A stretch of DNA of 63,479 nt, counting the filler, from Collodictyon triciliatum (Eukaryota), in the NCBI GenBank assembly GCA_043381765.1. It is 5 parts of 5 records of this genome, joined end to end, with 100 filler letters (N's around TTAATTAATTAA, not from the genome) between each part and the next. Parts side by side here need not be neighbours in the genome. Positions count along the whole stretch, not along the records: positions 40,356 to 55,396 come from JBHJMP010001734.1; positions 55,497 to 63,479 come from JBHJMP010001759.1; 3 more parts are not named here. One strand, given 5' to 3'. Both the position numbers and the translations under genes were made by a program. Positions 46,401 through 59,900 of this stretch are shown here, piece after piece; position 1 is the first letter of the stretch; each line of letters opens with the position of its first letter. A model generated the notes under the pieces. That model was not told the origin of the DNA, did no database searches, and saw only the letters and a list, made by a program, of their open reading frames with translations.

Positions 46401-49400
46401 GACCCATCGACCAATACCTATATATTTTTAAAAATATGTTTCAAATTTGATAAAGACTGATTATAAACCTGAAATATAAGTATCGATTATCAGATACAAA
46501 CGTTTAGTTTTTTCGATATTTCCTGAAATGAAGGTCTATCCACTGCGTTCTGAGCCCATGTTTCGACGATGAATGACCGGATGTCATGTGGTATATTTTG
46601 TGGCATTGTTGGACGTAGTTGATTCATTACAACTTGTACTGTCACAGCAAAAGTGTTATCAATCTCATAATATGGGTCTTTCCTTGATACAATCTCCCAG
46701 CAAATTATCCCATAACTGTAGACATCAGCACTTGCTGTATATTCTGCACCACCAATCACTTCTGGCGCAAGCCACAACATACTTCCATTAACTTCTTCTT
46801 GGTTTGATGTTCCTTGGATTGTTGTCAGTCCGAAATCACTGCCACGAGAAATATTTAGCGATAACTTTTTTTTTAATGAAACAATATAAACTTACCTAAC
46901 TTTCAGTCGGCTTCTGTCATCAACCTTCATATTATTACAACATCAGCAATAACTCAATAACTTCATTAAAAACATAAAAATGTTTGTTAGTTAATGTTTT
47001 TCTATGAAAAAGTTTTGTTTGAAATTCAAAATAACCAGAATGTTCAAGCTTTTCAGGTCTCGATGGATGATGGGCGGATTATGCATGTGTAGGTATTGCA
47101 TACCTGCATAATATCCTTTGACTTCACACTTCCATTCAGCGCAAAAAAAAAACCAATAAATTTAAATTTCTAATAAAACCTTTCGCTATGTCACACATGA
47201 ATTGAAGTCTCTTGAACATCGCAATATTCATGTCTTGGTGTAGAACATCATATAGACTTCCTTGGTGCATCAGTTCGCAAACAAGACGCAAATCATTTTT
47301 TTCTATGCACGCTCCCATGTAGAGGATGATATTTGGATGTCGCAATTCCCTTTTTGATATGGTATTTAAACTTTTATATGGGATTGAACTAAGAACTATC
47401 TCAATAAAAATACTCACACCATGATTGATATTTCACGCTTGAACGACTCTATTTGTGTCTTGTCAAGTTTCTTCTGAAGCACTTTGATAGCGACCTCAGT
47501 TCCTCTCCATTCTCCTTTGTAAACCTACAAACCGATGAAGCAGGATTTTTACACAAGAAATATCTCATATGCTGCATTTTTGTGTAATTTTATTAGTTTC
47601 TTACATCTCCAAAGCTACCACTTCCTAAAAGTTGACCATATGAAAGCTCATTTGGGTCAATAATCCCATAAAGCCTTTTTTCAGCTCCTTTCATAGTGTC
47701 AAGAATCCTTTTGCGATAGAAGAAAACTGCAGTAATCATAAGCATGAAAGAAAATCCTCCAACACTCCCAACGATTATGCTGACAGTATTTGAGTCTTTT
47801 GATCTAGGCTCTGCATTTTTTTTTATCAAATTTAGTGTTTATATATCAAATAAATAGTGCTATAAGTTCAAACTTGGTGTCAGAGTATTTATGACAAACC
47901 TTTAATGCAGCCATCCTTTATTAATGCAGAGATTTGCAAAAGTTGATGAGTTAAAAATATCGCTGATTATGTGCATAATTATCAATATGTGTTACATTTT
48001 GAAGCAGATATCCATCATCACAAGCGCAAGTCATCTCAGAATCGTCAAACTTTGAGTATAATGGACATTCTATTTTTTAAAAATAATTTAAGATATGTAT
48101 GCAAACATATGAATTATAAAGGTAGTTCATACTGGCGTGTGTAATCGTGAATCCTTCGCATCCAAGACATGGTTTATATTTTGATTCAGTATTTGTAATC
48201 GCTGATGTAAATCGGATGATAAAGCCAGTTTCAGAATGGAAAATATTCTGTTTATTTTCGTCTCCATATTTCGGTGCCGGCATTTCTTTTATCACAAGTC
48301 CACTTCGCAAATCCAATATTTCAATTCTATTTTGAACATGAAAATAATCAGCAAAAGTACATATAAACATATTAAGGTCAAGAAAAACAAACCTATCATC
48401 CGCACGAATCCATTTTTGAATGGAAATGTCGGTAGCATTCGGCAAAATCCATGTACAGTTTGTGTTTTCCAGATACACCCCATCGCCGCTTCCATCATCA
48501 AATGTCGATGAATGAAAGGAACTTTGAATATGCTTTGGTGCTTTCGAACAAAACCCTGAATTGAGTGTTAACTCATTATTTTCCTAATTAACACTAAAGT
48601 AAATTAGCTCCAATATGTTAAATTCACCAAGTACCTGGGCTGTATGCCACCACTTGATTTGTCGTGGAATATCCATTAGAGCCGCCAAAGCTTACCATCA
48701 AGTCATTCATCATGAAACCTGCCTGCTTTGAGATTGATTCATATCCTCTGATATAGTTTGATTGATGCATCAGAGCCTGTTTTGCAAACGCTGTATTAAA
48801 ATGGTTAGTAAAGCAAGTACGCGCAATTTTGAATAAATGTTGAGAAGATAACAAACCATGCTGCGTCATCCAATAGCCATATACTTTTTCTGTCTCGTCA
48901 ACACCACTTATTATTGTATTTTCATGATATTTTCCGCAAATGTGGTTTGATAGAAAAGGAGTCTGTGCTGGAGATTTATATCCCATTTCAGTCCAAGTCT
49001 GATTACCTACGATGAGCAGCTGTTAATTTTTTGGAAGGCTAGAATAAGTCAATAATATTATATATATATTTACGGGTGTCGTATATCCAGTGGTCATTCA
49101 GAGGCTTCCCATTAGTATCGTATCCTCCGTAAACAGAGAAACTTCTTTCATCAATAGTGCAAATGCTGTGGTATGTGCGTCGGGGCTGGTCATGATTTGA
49201 AATCAGTGTAATAATTCAATTGAGCAAACGTGTTCCAAAGAATTTCAATAGATATTAATGAACTCACAGGTACTATTTTCGGAATAGTGTGAGAAAATAT
49301 CATTCCTGTGTTTGTATCCACTTCAATAACAGCAGAGTAGAACTCGACCTTTCTTGAACCAGGCATCGTCTTGTTAAAAACATTTGTAAGTAGTTAAAAA

Positions 49401-52400
49401 GAATATTTTAAAGTCTGGTTTTTTTTATTTTTTCCTTAATTCGATTCAAATAACTAAAGTCTGATATTTGATTTACCTGCCCGCCCCACATCCACATGGT
49501 TTGGCCAATATGGCTGGCACGGATGCCGTATCGATTCATGGGCCGTTGAAATGTAGACAGTTGGTTGGACATCGTTAAAACAGACCAAGTTTTCGTTTCT
49601 AAAATAACGCATTAAAATAATGTAATTTATTTATCAAATCATTTTAGGATAACTTTGTTCAGTATATGATTCCACGAAACGAACCCATACCAATATCAAA
49701 AGACCAGAATCTCTCATCAACCACACCAAAATCTGTGCGACCACCACCCACAACGATTGATGATAACGTGGCACTGACGAACGCACCAGCCCTTGGTGAT
49801 GGCCCGACAAGAGAGGAACCCATGAATAGGGGTGTCCAAGTTGCATTTCCTATTTTAACAAGTGCTCCGTTTTTTCGTTTTATTAAAAAAAAAAAAAAAA
49901 ATAGATATCGAAACGAACAAAAATTTATGAAATTTCGAAATATACCTGTATTGAAAACCCAAAGGTCATTCAACATAACCTCGCCGATATATTCGGTTGA
50001 GCCTCCAAAAACAACGAATGAGTCATCGTCGAACTTGCAAGTCCCTGGCTCCGTTCGGCCGATGGGCTCTCTTGCAATGGATGCGTCCACCCAAGTTCGT
50101 TTTTCTGATAATGCCGAATGCTTGAAATAAGTGGCTTAAACGTGAATTGTAAAGTGAAATAAAAACAACCTGCATCCCAAATCCATACATCATTAACGAC
50201 ATTCTTGGACGTTGTCGCTCCTCCGATTATCATAAGATTCTCTCCTGAACTTACAAAAGCTGCTCCAAATTTTGGTGGTGGGGTTGTGAGCGGCAATTCA
50301 GGAAGAGAAAGTCCGTAGTTTTGTCGGTAAACAACTTGATATGAATCTAATGAATTAACACATGTTTTGAAATAAATAAGAATCCATAACAAATTTATCG
50401 TATTATTTAATCAAATACCCATGTCAAATACAATAAAGTCCGAGAGAGTGTCTCCCTTGCGAACTCCACCGTACGCGTGAAGCTCGTTTCCAAAAAATCC
50501 GTACGAATGTTGTTGCCTGCCAAAGAAACAAGAGCCTCCTTCCTCGTCACAAAAAGTGCACTCATCCAGCTGTATTTCCACCTTTTCTTCGAACTCAAAA
50601 TCTGATTAAAAATATGTCAGATTTTATGAACATGTAATTAATGTTAAAAAAAAAAAGAAAAAAGGAACCTAAGTCATAAATGAGCAGTGAATTTGGCTCT
50701 TCTTTTGAATCTCTTCCTCCAAAAAACATTATTTTGCTGTTATGGAAAATCATCGAGCTGAATGAACGAGAGTCCTTGATGTTCACAAGGATTTCATTCC
50801 ACTCGTCGGTATCTATAAAGATGAACCAGTTTTAATTAAAATGAAAAGGAATATTTTTTCTTTTTACTGTTGAAAAAACGTATCACCTGGTTTATAAGCA
50901 AATGCTCCTAAAATCAAGCTTGATTTCTCCTGTTAAAATAAACTTTATCTTTTACTTTATTCAGCTTTTAAAGAAAATATTGAATTCTTGACAATGTATG
51001 AAAATAATTATTATTTATGCTCAAAATACATCTTCGCCGCCAATCACGTAAATGCTGCCGCCTTTTCTTTGGCAAATGGAACCAATGAAATCCTTTGGAG
51101 CGATTGTTTTCTTTACCCATGTCTTAGTTTTAGGCTCTAAAAAGTAAACAGAATTATCCAAAGTCTCTGTTTTCCCACCAATTAGAACCCCGTATGTGTC
51201 CATCGCTACCAAGCAGCTCTGTATTCTTCGCGGTGGTACAGTTCCGTTCATTTTCATCTTCATCCAGCGAGCATTGACTGATTAAAATTATAGTCTGAGT
51301 TAATATATAGTACTCAATAATACGTTTATTGACAAGACCTATTGATTTAGAATAGTAAATGGAATCCATGTCAAAGTAGTGCTCTGTCTTTGATGTGTCT
51401 GCTGATGTGCTTCCTCCGACAAGGAATACAATCGAATCAATTAATGCAGCTGAGGCGTATATCATCGGTGGTATCCCATGACTAATCTCAATCGATTTTG
51501 TTGTCTCCAAAGTTGATTTATCTAATATGATAGCAATTTACTATTAAGAAAGCCTTGGTTCCAAAATATTATTATAAATTACCAAAGGTATGTGAAGCGA
51601 ATTCTTCAGTCCTTTTCATACTGATGCATTCTTTCTATTGAAAAATATTAGTCTTAAGAATACATGAATAAAAATTAATTGAATAAAAAGTAAAAAATAA
51701 AATAAAAAATTGATATAAACCAAAATGATACCTGATTTTCATCGGGTTGGACAGTGCCCTCGAAGCAGTCGATACATTCTCCTCTAAAGTTGATGAATTT
51801 TCCAGATTCACAGACACAACCTGAAATCCTTGCGTTGAATCCAAGGCTGCATTCTACGATTGTTTGATTTTTACGTTTGCTGAGAAATTTTTTCTAAAAT
51901 TAAAAAAATACACAAAAAAGTGTTACGGAATAGTTTCATTGAAAATCCTTCGCTTGTTTTTCCGTCTTTGTGCACTTTGAATGTGAGTGTTGTTTTTCCA
52001 GTCGGAATCTTGATTACAACACCTTGGTTCATCTCGAAAAGTGAAAGCTATGATGAACTCTTTAAGTTACAATCTACAAAAAAAATTATTATTGAAAGCA
52101 GTATTACCTCCTTGGCAGTGTCATTATTGTATAGTAAATCCCCATCACATTGGTCTTGAGACAGAATTAAAGTAGAGTCCAATGTGATATTAACATACTC
52201 AATCTGTCAAGACGATATCAGTATTTTTAATTTATTAATAGAATAAGAATAAGAATAATAAAATAAGAAGAATTATAATAATAATAATAAATAAGAAGAA
52301 TTAGAATAAGATTAAGAATAATAAGATGGTACTCACCACAATAAAATTCGTCTGGGAAATAATCCATTGGCAGTTTGTCCCAGGGAAATACAGAAATTCG

Positions 52401-55186
52401 CCGCTTCCGTCACTAATTGTAATGTCTTCGTTGGATACATGTTTCACTCCGTCACACCAGAATTTACCTGTCAAATTATATTGGAACAGTGAGCAAATAT
52501 CTTTAGTGCGTATTTATTCCATTTCATTCGATTACTTAAATCTAATTTGTAAATTCCATTTGTTGTTTGTAAATCGCTGTTATATCCTCCAAATATTGTG
52601 AATTTATATGATTCAACGAGCATCAGCGAATCATATCTGCCTGGTGCCATTTTGTTTTCGATGAAGATTTCATCCCAATATGATGTTTTTGCTGATTAAT
52701 TGATTTTATATTAGCAGAAAAATAATAGATGGTATTTATATTCTTTTAGTAGTCCAAAATCTGATTTATTTTTTATTTACGGTTCCCAAGCCACATCAAT
52801 TTTTTATTGGTCTCCCCGTGCCCGCCATATGATATAATATTTGAAGAGTGTCCAACTATGCTCTTATCTGCAATTTCAGCAGGCAAGGTGGATACCATAT
52901 ACCAAGATTTTTTCCCTGTGTGTAATTTAAATTGAATTTATCTTTCAGACAACTGAAATAAGTTCTGTTTAAAAAGAAACCGAACCTTCATCGAAGCACC
53001 ATATTTCTCTTTTGCCACTATATGATTCAACCTTGTAGTCATCATAGAAACAGAATTTATCATCGATGATAATTCCTTTGGCATATTTTCTTAAGCCTGG
53101 TACATTTAAAGCTATATGGCTTTGAACGTTCAGGGTTTCCATGTCAAAAATGGCTATATCACTTCTTGTGGGAGCCTCGTCTGTATTCATGCCACCCCAT
53201 ATGAATAGTCTGCTTTCTAAGAACACGAAAGCTGAGTTGTATCGCATTCCAATATCGTCATAGCCTCCCTTTGGCTCGAAAATGGACCAAGTTGCAGAGT
53301 CTGGTATTCCAAGATAATTGAATAAGTCAAAATATAACGGAATATGATTTCATAAATACCTACCAAAAGAAAATAATCGGAACACAGGCTTTGCATACGA
53401 TTCATATAAACCCCCGATGAGGAAAAGCGAGTTGTTGAAGTATGCGAACGCCTTTTGGGTTAATTTTTTAATATATATTTTAGTAACAACTTTTTTTTAC
53501 AATTGATCGCTCCAAAATTATGACACAAAACATACCGCTTTCTGTACTGCGGGGGCGCAGCCGTCAGAGTCTGGGTGACATACAGACTCTTGTACGATTC
53601 TCTTCCATGAATATGTCTCTAAGCCATGTTTGAAAATCAACAAATTAATTTATTTTTGCATGAAATAGGTATTACCCGTATTAAGTATCCAAAGGTCGTT
53701 AATTGGTTGGTAGTAATCCTGATTTACGTATCCTCCAAACACAGCCGCTTCATTTTCAGATATTTTGGATATGTGTGGATTATCTCTGCTCAAAGGGTAC
53801 GTCGACAGACTGCTATTTATCCACGATTTTTCATCTAATGAGGCCATCAATTAAATTGAAAGATTCGTATTATTCGAAGACGTCCAAATATAAGAGACTT
53901 ACCAATGCCGAAAACCCAGACGTCGTTGTAAACTTGATTGTATCCTCCACCAATGACAACGAAATTTCCTTCGTAAATTGATGATGAAGACAGCATTCTC
54001 TCACAAGGAATGTTTATCGGATATCCAGTTTGAAAGTAAGTCTTCTTTCCCACGATATTTTCGACACTTAGTGTATCTAAGACGTAAAATTAACAGAAAA
54101 TGACTTTAAGATTTTAGGCATTATCTCCAATTAAATTTGAACAAAGTTCTTTTAATTTTTAGAAAGAAAACTGACCCAGATTCAAAATTAACACATCATT
54201 CGAAAATATGTTCCAATAAGTATCCAAAGCACCCCCGAAAATGACCAACTTGTTCTGAAATACAGAAGCACTTCCAAAGGCGGGAATAGAACTTTCATAG
54301 CTTATTTCTTCCTTTTCTTTCCATTTCATCTCAGCTTGTTTTAATATGGAATGTGTGATTACTTAACAAAAAAAATAACAAAAAGAAATTGGGAAAATAA
54401 AACGAACTTACTTGTGTTAAATCTCCAGAGAAAAGGGAATGAATTATAATAGTAATAATCGGATGAAAAGTATTCAGGAATTCCTCCAAACATCACCAAA
54501 GTATCTTTGTATATACCGGAGTAGGGATTGAAAGTTATTGGAGCGTTTTCAAAATCATCAGGCCCTGGTGAGATAAGGCTCCATTTTTTGGATTCTGTTT
54601 CGGATTAAATTGAAATTATTTCATAATTTCGACTTAACTTTTGCAATACTAAAATGGTTACTAGTTTCGTATATCCAAAGTTCAGTAGATTCGTATCCGT
54701 CGTAGCCCCCGTACACAATAATCTTGTCGTTGAAAGAATTACAACTCATCCATCGCCTTGGAGAAGGATTTATTTTCGACGCATATTTTTCATTCTCCCA
54801 GACAAAGGATACCAGGTCGAGTGAATACATTGTGTTTGTCGTCGCTCTTGTGATAGCCATTCTCCCTCCATACAGATAGAGCTACACATTGACAGTTTGA
54901 ACTTAAATTCAAAAGAAAGCAGCATTGTACCCGAATATAATGAATAAGACCTTGTTCTTGATAACAGAAGTGCAGTAGTATCTCCTCCGCACAGGTATAT
55001 CACCACTTGTTGTTTTCCAAGACCATCCGAGTTTTCCTTTAAAAAAGATAATCGTTAGGTTGGATTGGATTGTTTCTCAAATGAATAGAATGAAAAAAAA
55101 TTAGGCTTTCAACCTGCGTCCAAAATCCAAAGACGGTTGAATAAAGGCTTCTCTTGGACGTATTCATGGTTTTTACTGGTATGATA
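43499..55186 (-). CDS. Large single-pass receptor: Kelch repeats + CUB + Cys-rich/EGF ectodomain, TM, TKL kinase, degenerate class III nucleotide cyclase, second TKL kinase; about 50 introns; 5'-partial
   Basis: Many FGG/YGG..NDLW Kelch blades; two CUB-like DGSG..Y..TNC.W.I; TM IIVGSVGGFSFMLMITAVFFYRKR; two kinases each with GSGSFG, VAxK, HRDLK, DFG and APE; ALWE...GLRVRM...HGGQI cyclase fold between them. Confidence 0.88.
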
Positions 55187-55204
55187 AGTCGCTTTCGTGT
55201 AAGT

Positions 55205-55320
55205 ATTTTTTTTATCTTTTTTGTTTTTTTGTTTTTTTTGTTTTTTTTTGTTTTTTTATGTTTTTGTGTTTATTTTTGTTTTTTTTGTTTTTTTTGTTTT
55301 TTTTTGTTTTTTTGTTTTTT

Positions 55321-55396
<76 letters not shown>
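55205..55396. repeat. Poly-T/(GTTTT)n low-complexity intronic tract at contig end
   Basis: Directly visible. Confidence 0.9.
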
Positions 55397-55496
55397 NNNN
55401 NNNNNNNNNNNNNNNNNNNNNNNNNNNNNNNNNNNNNNNNTTAATTAATTAANNNNNNNNNNNNNNNNNNNNNNNNNNNNNNNNNNNNNNNNNNNN
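55397..55496. other. Artificial contig linker
   Basis: N44-TTAATTAATTAA-N44. Confidence 0.97.
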
Positions 55497-55608
55497 GTCA
55501 CTTTTTAGGCAAGAGAGCACTTCACAAATGTGTGTTCGATAGAGTCATCTCCACTATGGCACATGGTGCATTCTGGAGAGGTCGTTGCTGCATGGACTAC
55601 ACGCGCAT

Positions 55609-56175
55609 CTATTTACAGCTCTCTGTTGGAGATATTGAGAAATAGGGAGCAATTTTTTCTCCATCCTTGTTTTTGAACCAGCTCGATTTTTGGATAAGAA
55701 TAGAAAGTTGCTTTTTGAGTAGAGGCCACTCAACCTCGATGGATGCATCACCTGGGATGTTGAATTGAGCTCTGATTTGCTTTGTATGTATTCTATCGAC
55801 TTTGAGCCATTGCATCCTCCAATCTATGTACCCCACCTGCCATCCACAGCCACCATCCAAATCAATGCGAACCAGGTTAGCACTGTGGCTGGGCAGTGCA
55901 GAATGGAATAATATTATTTTCTTGAACCACACATGCGAGTCCCTAGAGCAGAGGAAGTGGTCGATTCTGCTCCTTTTGTTGCCATTTATTGTTCAGAACA
56001 TAGTAGATATGTTATTCTGGGCAACGACGCGAGGCCATCTGCTATGGATTATGTGGATAGCGCGCATATACTCACGCAAAGCAAAAGATTCAACAACCAG
56101 CCACCTATTCCTGATAATAGACTGAATGACATCATACAAATCTCTTTCCTCAATAGCTTCCTTCTCCACCTGCAC
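55609..56175 (-). mobile_element. Degenerate non-LTR retrotransposon (APE/EEP endonuclease) fragment
   Basis: Two same-frame ORFs split by one TGA read IEERDLYDV...TMF*TINGNKRSRIDHFLCS...LPSHSANLVRIDL, resembling the LxD / T / SRIDH / SDH motifs; no introns. Confidence 0.35.
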
Positions 56176-56980
56176 GTTCTCTACTACTCCGACCCGTGAG
56201 AAGAGACATGTGGAAAGAGGCTGAGAAAGATATTAAACCTCGCCTGGTATCTCTCATGCAAGCGCAAGACCCAGGCTACAGATCAAACCGCAGGATGCGA
56301 TTGCTGATTACCGACTACTTCTCCGCCACCTATCCACCAAGAAGCGTCCATGCAAACGATGGCCAGCGAACCAAAGCCAACATCTCCACCGTCCTACACA
56401 AAATTGAAAGGAATAATATATACTGCAGGTCTCTTAAGTAACGCGGCGCAGGGCACCGGATATAAATTGGATAATCCGGAATTAATTATGATTGATTCAT
56501 AATAATTTTCTAAGATTATTAGATAACAAGGTATTTGGAAAGAGTCATATTTGGAGTGTATAAATATATTGTATATATTCCAAAAATATATAAAACTATT
56601 TTTTGGCGTTTGTGATTTTTTTTTTGTTCTGAATCTCTCGGAAAAAAAAATACACGATCGGGCTGAGAGCATTGTTCCAAGTTTCTCACAATCCTGGGCT
56701 CTGGAGGGGATTCTATTATTGCGCGGTGCTAACCCCATTTTATTTCCTTTTCTTTCTTTCTTTGATTTCTTTGTTTATTTGTTTTTCCTTTTCCTTTTTT
56801 TTATTTTATTTTTTTTTTTGTTTTATAGTTTTTGGTTCTTTTTGTTTTTGTTTTTTCCCTTGCTCTTTCCCCAACAACAGTTTCCTTTATGCGAGTTCCT
56901 TCGATCCTGAAGCTCATACACCTGCCACACAGTAGTCTCACGATAAGACACAGATACGTCCTGCCTCCACCGCAAAGGAA

Positions 56981-59900
56981 ATGTCGAAAGATGAGATTTG
57001 GGGCGACCTTCTTCTCCTTGAAGTCGATCCTGGCATTGCCCTGGCCCTTGTGAATGATCCGACGGTGAAGACCTTGGATGATGCCCTGATGAAGGTAAGC
57101 ATCTCAAACTTCACAGTTGGATAGGGACTTTTTTTTTTAATCTGTTTTACATTATGACTCCTTGGAAGAGGATATTATGTATCAGAGGATGAGGTAAGCC
57201 AAGTGAGATATAATCAGAGATGAATGAAAGGAAGATGAAAGAGAAAAAAAAAAAAAAAAANNNNNNNNNNAAAAAAAAAAAAAAAAAGGGAACATAGTCA
57301 GATAGCTTTATCATTACTGTTTTGCATAAACACTGTGGCCACAATCTCCTCCCTGAATGTCATTATGATAACACTACGGTATATATTAGCACACAGAACC
57401 GTACACACACAAAGAAAAAAAAATGAAAATGAAAAGATGAGAAAATTAATATTCTGACTCCAATATTGTATATACTCCCTCATGAATAAGTCTAACCTTC
57501 CAAATGATTATGATTTTGGCACAGTCAAATGAGAAGACATTATCGGAGCATAATAAAGCATCAAACTTCCTGTTCTGATGTAATACATACGTTTTATTGC
57601 CCTCTGTAGCTCCATTCATTCCAGACCCACCCCCACGAACATCCGTCTCACGAGCCACCTCAGTCCACCCCGCAACTTCCAATAGAACTTTCTAAACCAC
57701 AAGAAAAATCACCTCGCGAGTCACAACGTGCACACCAACCAAAGCCTGAGCCACAGTCTTCAAAGTCTCATGAGAAATCCCCTCGGGAATCTCAACCAGG
57801 ACGTCAGCCTGAACCCGCATTGGAAATACCCAAACCACATGGGAAACTAACACCCGAATCTAAACAAAAAATTGCGTCTCCGGCGAGCGCTTCTCGTCGG
57901 TTTTTTTCTGTGAGGCAAAGAAAGAATTCATTCGCCAAAGATTCACCTGATGCTCCAGTTCAGGAGCAAGTTTTTCGCCCAATCACCGCACCGTCACAAC
58001 CAAAACGCCATCCTTTTTCGATCGCTGGGCATCCATTGGTCAGTACTCTTAATCTACGGTTTTTTTTTATATAAATCCAAATGTTTGAATGACAGAAGTT
58101 ATCTTATAGCTGAACTTATGATTTATCTATATGTAATTATAAGAAACTTTTTTTTATCAGAATCCATTGATTTTTTTATATCTCATTTCCTTTCTCTTTC
58201 TTTCTTCCCTCTACCTGCACATTCTCCTAAAATCCCTCACTTTATACTTCTTTGTTTTCTCTTCTCACTTTGCACCGCCCAGATGAACCGAAGCGTTGGA
58301 TCTTTGCCATTGGTATGTAACACATCTACGATACCTTCCAAACCAAACAGATGAGATGAAAATACGGAAGTTTCGAAACAATATTATTCGAATACTCCTT
58401 TTAATAGTTTTTTTTAACTATCAATTGGAAAAAAATCTGACCAAGTCAATAAAGAATGGTTGTATATGATGATGCCATTATAATTTATTTTTTTTGCCAA
58501 TTTTTAAATACCCAGATTCCAAACCTGAGCGAGTATATCAAGAAAGGAAGACAGGATGCATTAACGACAATGTCCTCTCCAATCGAATCAGGGAAGTCAA
58601 TCTTAGGCAAGGACAATGAGGCAGAAAATGCTCATATGATATTTGGCAGCAGGTTAAGGGTAAGGAGCGTTTTTTTTTTTTTTTTTTNNNNNNNNNNNNN
58701 NNNNNNNNNNNNNNNNNNNNNNNNNNNNNNNNNNNNNNNNNNNNNNNNNNNNNNNNNNNNNNNNNNNNNNNNNNNNNNNNNNNNNNNNNNNNNNNNNNNN
58801 NNNNNNNNNNNNNNNNNNNNNNNNNNTTTAACAACCAACGCTCCGTATTCAACAAAAAGGTTTAATTTACTCAATTTTTAATACATACTTATCACCACTA
58901 GCATAATGCATCTGGCCAGCATTACTTTTGCATTCCTGGAGCACAATTTACATCTATCGTTGAAAATCATGTTTGTATATATAGTGATCTCAATTTTTTT
59001 CTTCATTCATATATACCTTTGAATTTTAAAGAACATTTTGTTTCCTTAATCTGATTACTCTTATCAATCTTAAGCACATACTTTATGTATACTCTTAGGT
59101 TCTAGACCTCCAGCGTGCTCTCAACATTGATACTGATGATGCGCAATTGATTTATTTATCATTTCATGGGAACATGGAGAAGATATTGTCTCAAATGGAA
59201 GAAGATAAGGAACTTTTCATCGCAAGGTATTGAAGTTTTTTTTTGAAAAAAAATAGTAATACGCAAATAGTGATGTTATTTATCATGCCCATGATATTCT
59301 ACTAAAAGAGAAAATCTATTCAAAATCAATTATACCATACATAATATGTTTCACTTATTCGATTACATACAAAAGCAATCATATTACCCCACTGACAATC
59401 GTGGAGGAGAGTACAAACTCAGTAATAATTATGTCATTAATTCTTTAATCGAAAAATAGTAGTACTGAAGCATATCACAGCAAGTAATTAAATGCAATCA
59501 TTCAATAGTTCATGGGGCTAGACCTCACGGGGAAAAAAAACAAGTGTGGAATTTGCAAGAAAAAAGCTTCCCTGATCGAATCCCCTTGTGGTCATAGGTT
59601 TGAATGGCTGAATACGGCTTCACCTTAACGATTTTTTATATTAACGGTTTTCATTTTCATTCCTACCTGTATTTTATGTATATGTATATGTATATGTATA
59701 TATATGTATATGTATATGTATATCTATAAGACTATGCAAACGAAGGCCAATGTCCCTTCAAACTGCATAAATTTAAATAAGAAAATCACATAAACATCCA
59801 AACACGTAATTGCCTCTTAATTATTTTTTTCCGATGCCTGTAGTGCCTGTCATAAGTGTTGGGAATCAAGAATGAAAGATATCATTCAAATACCATCCAA

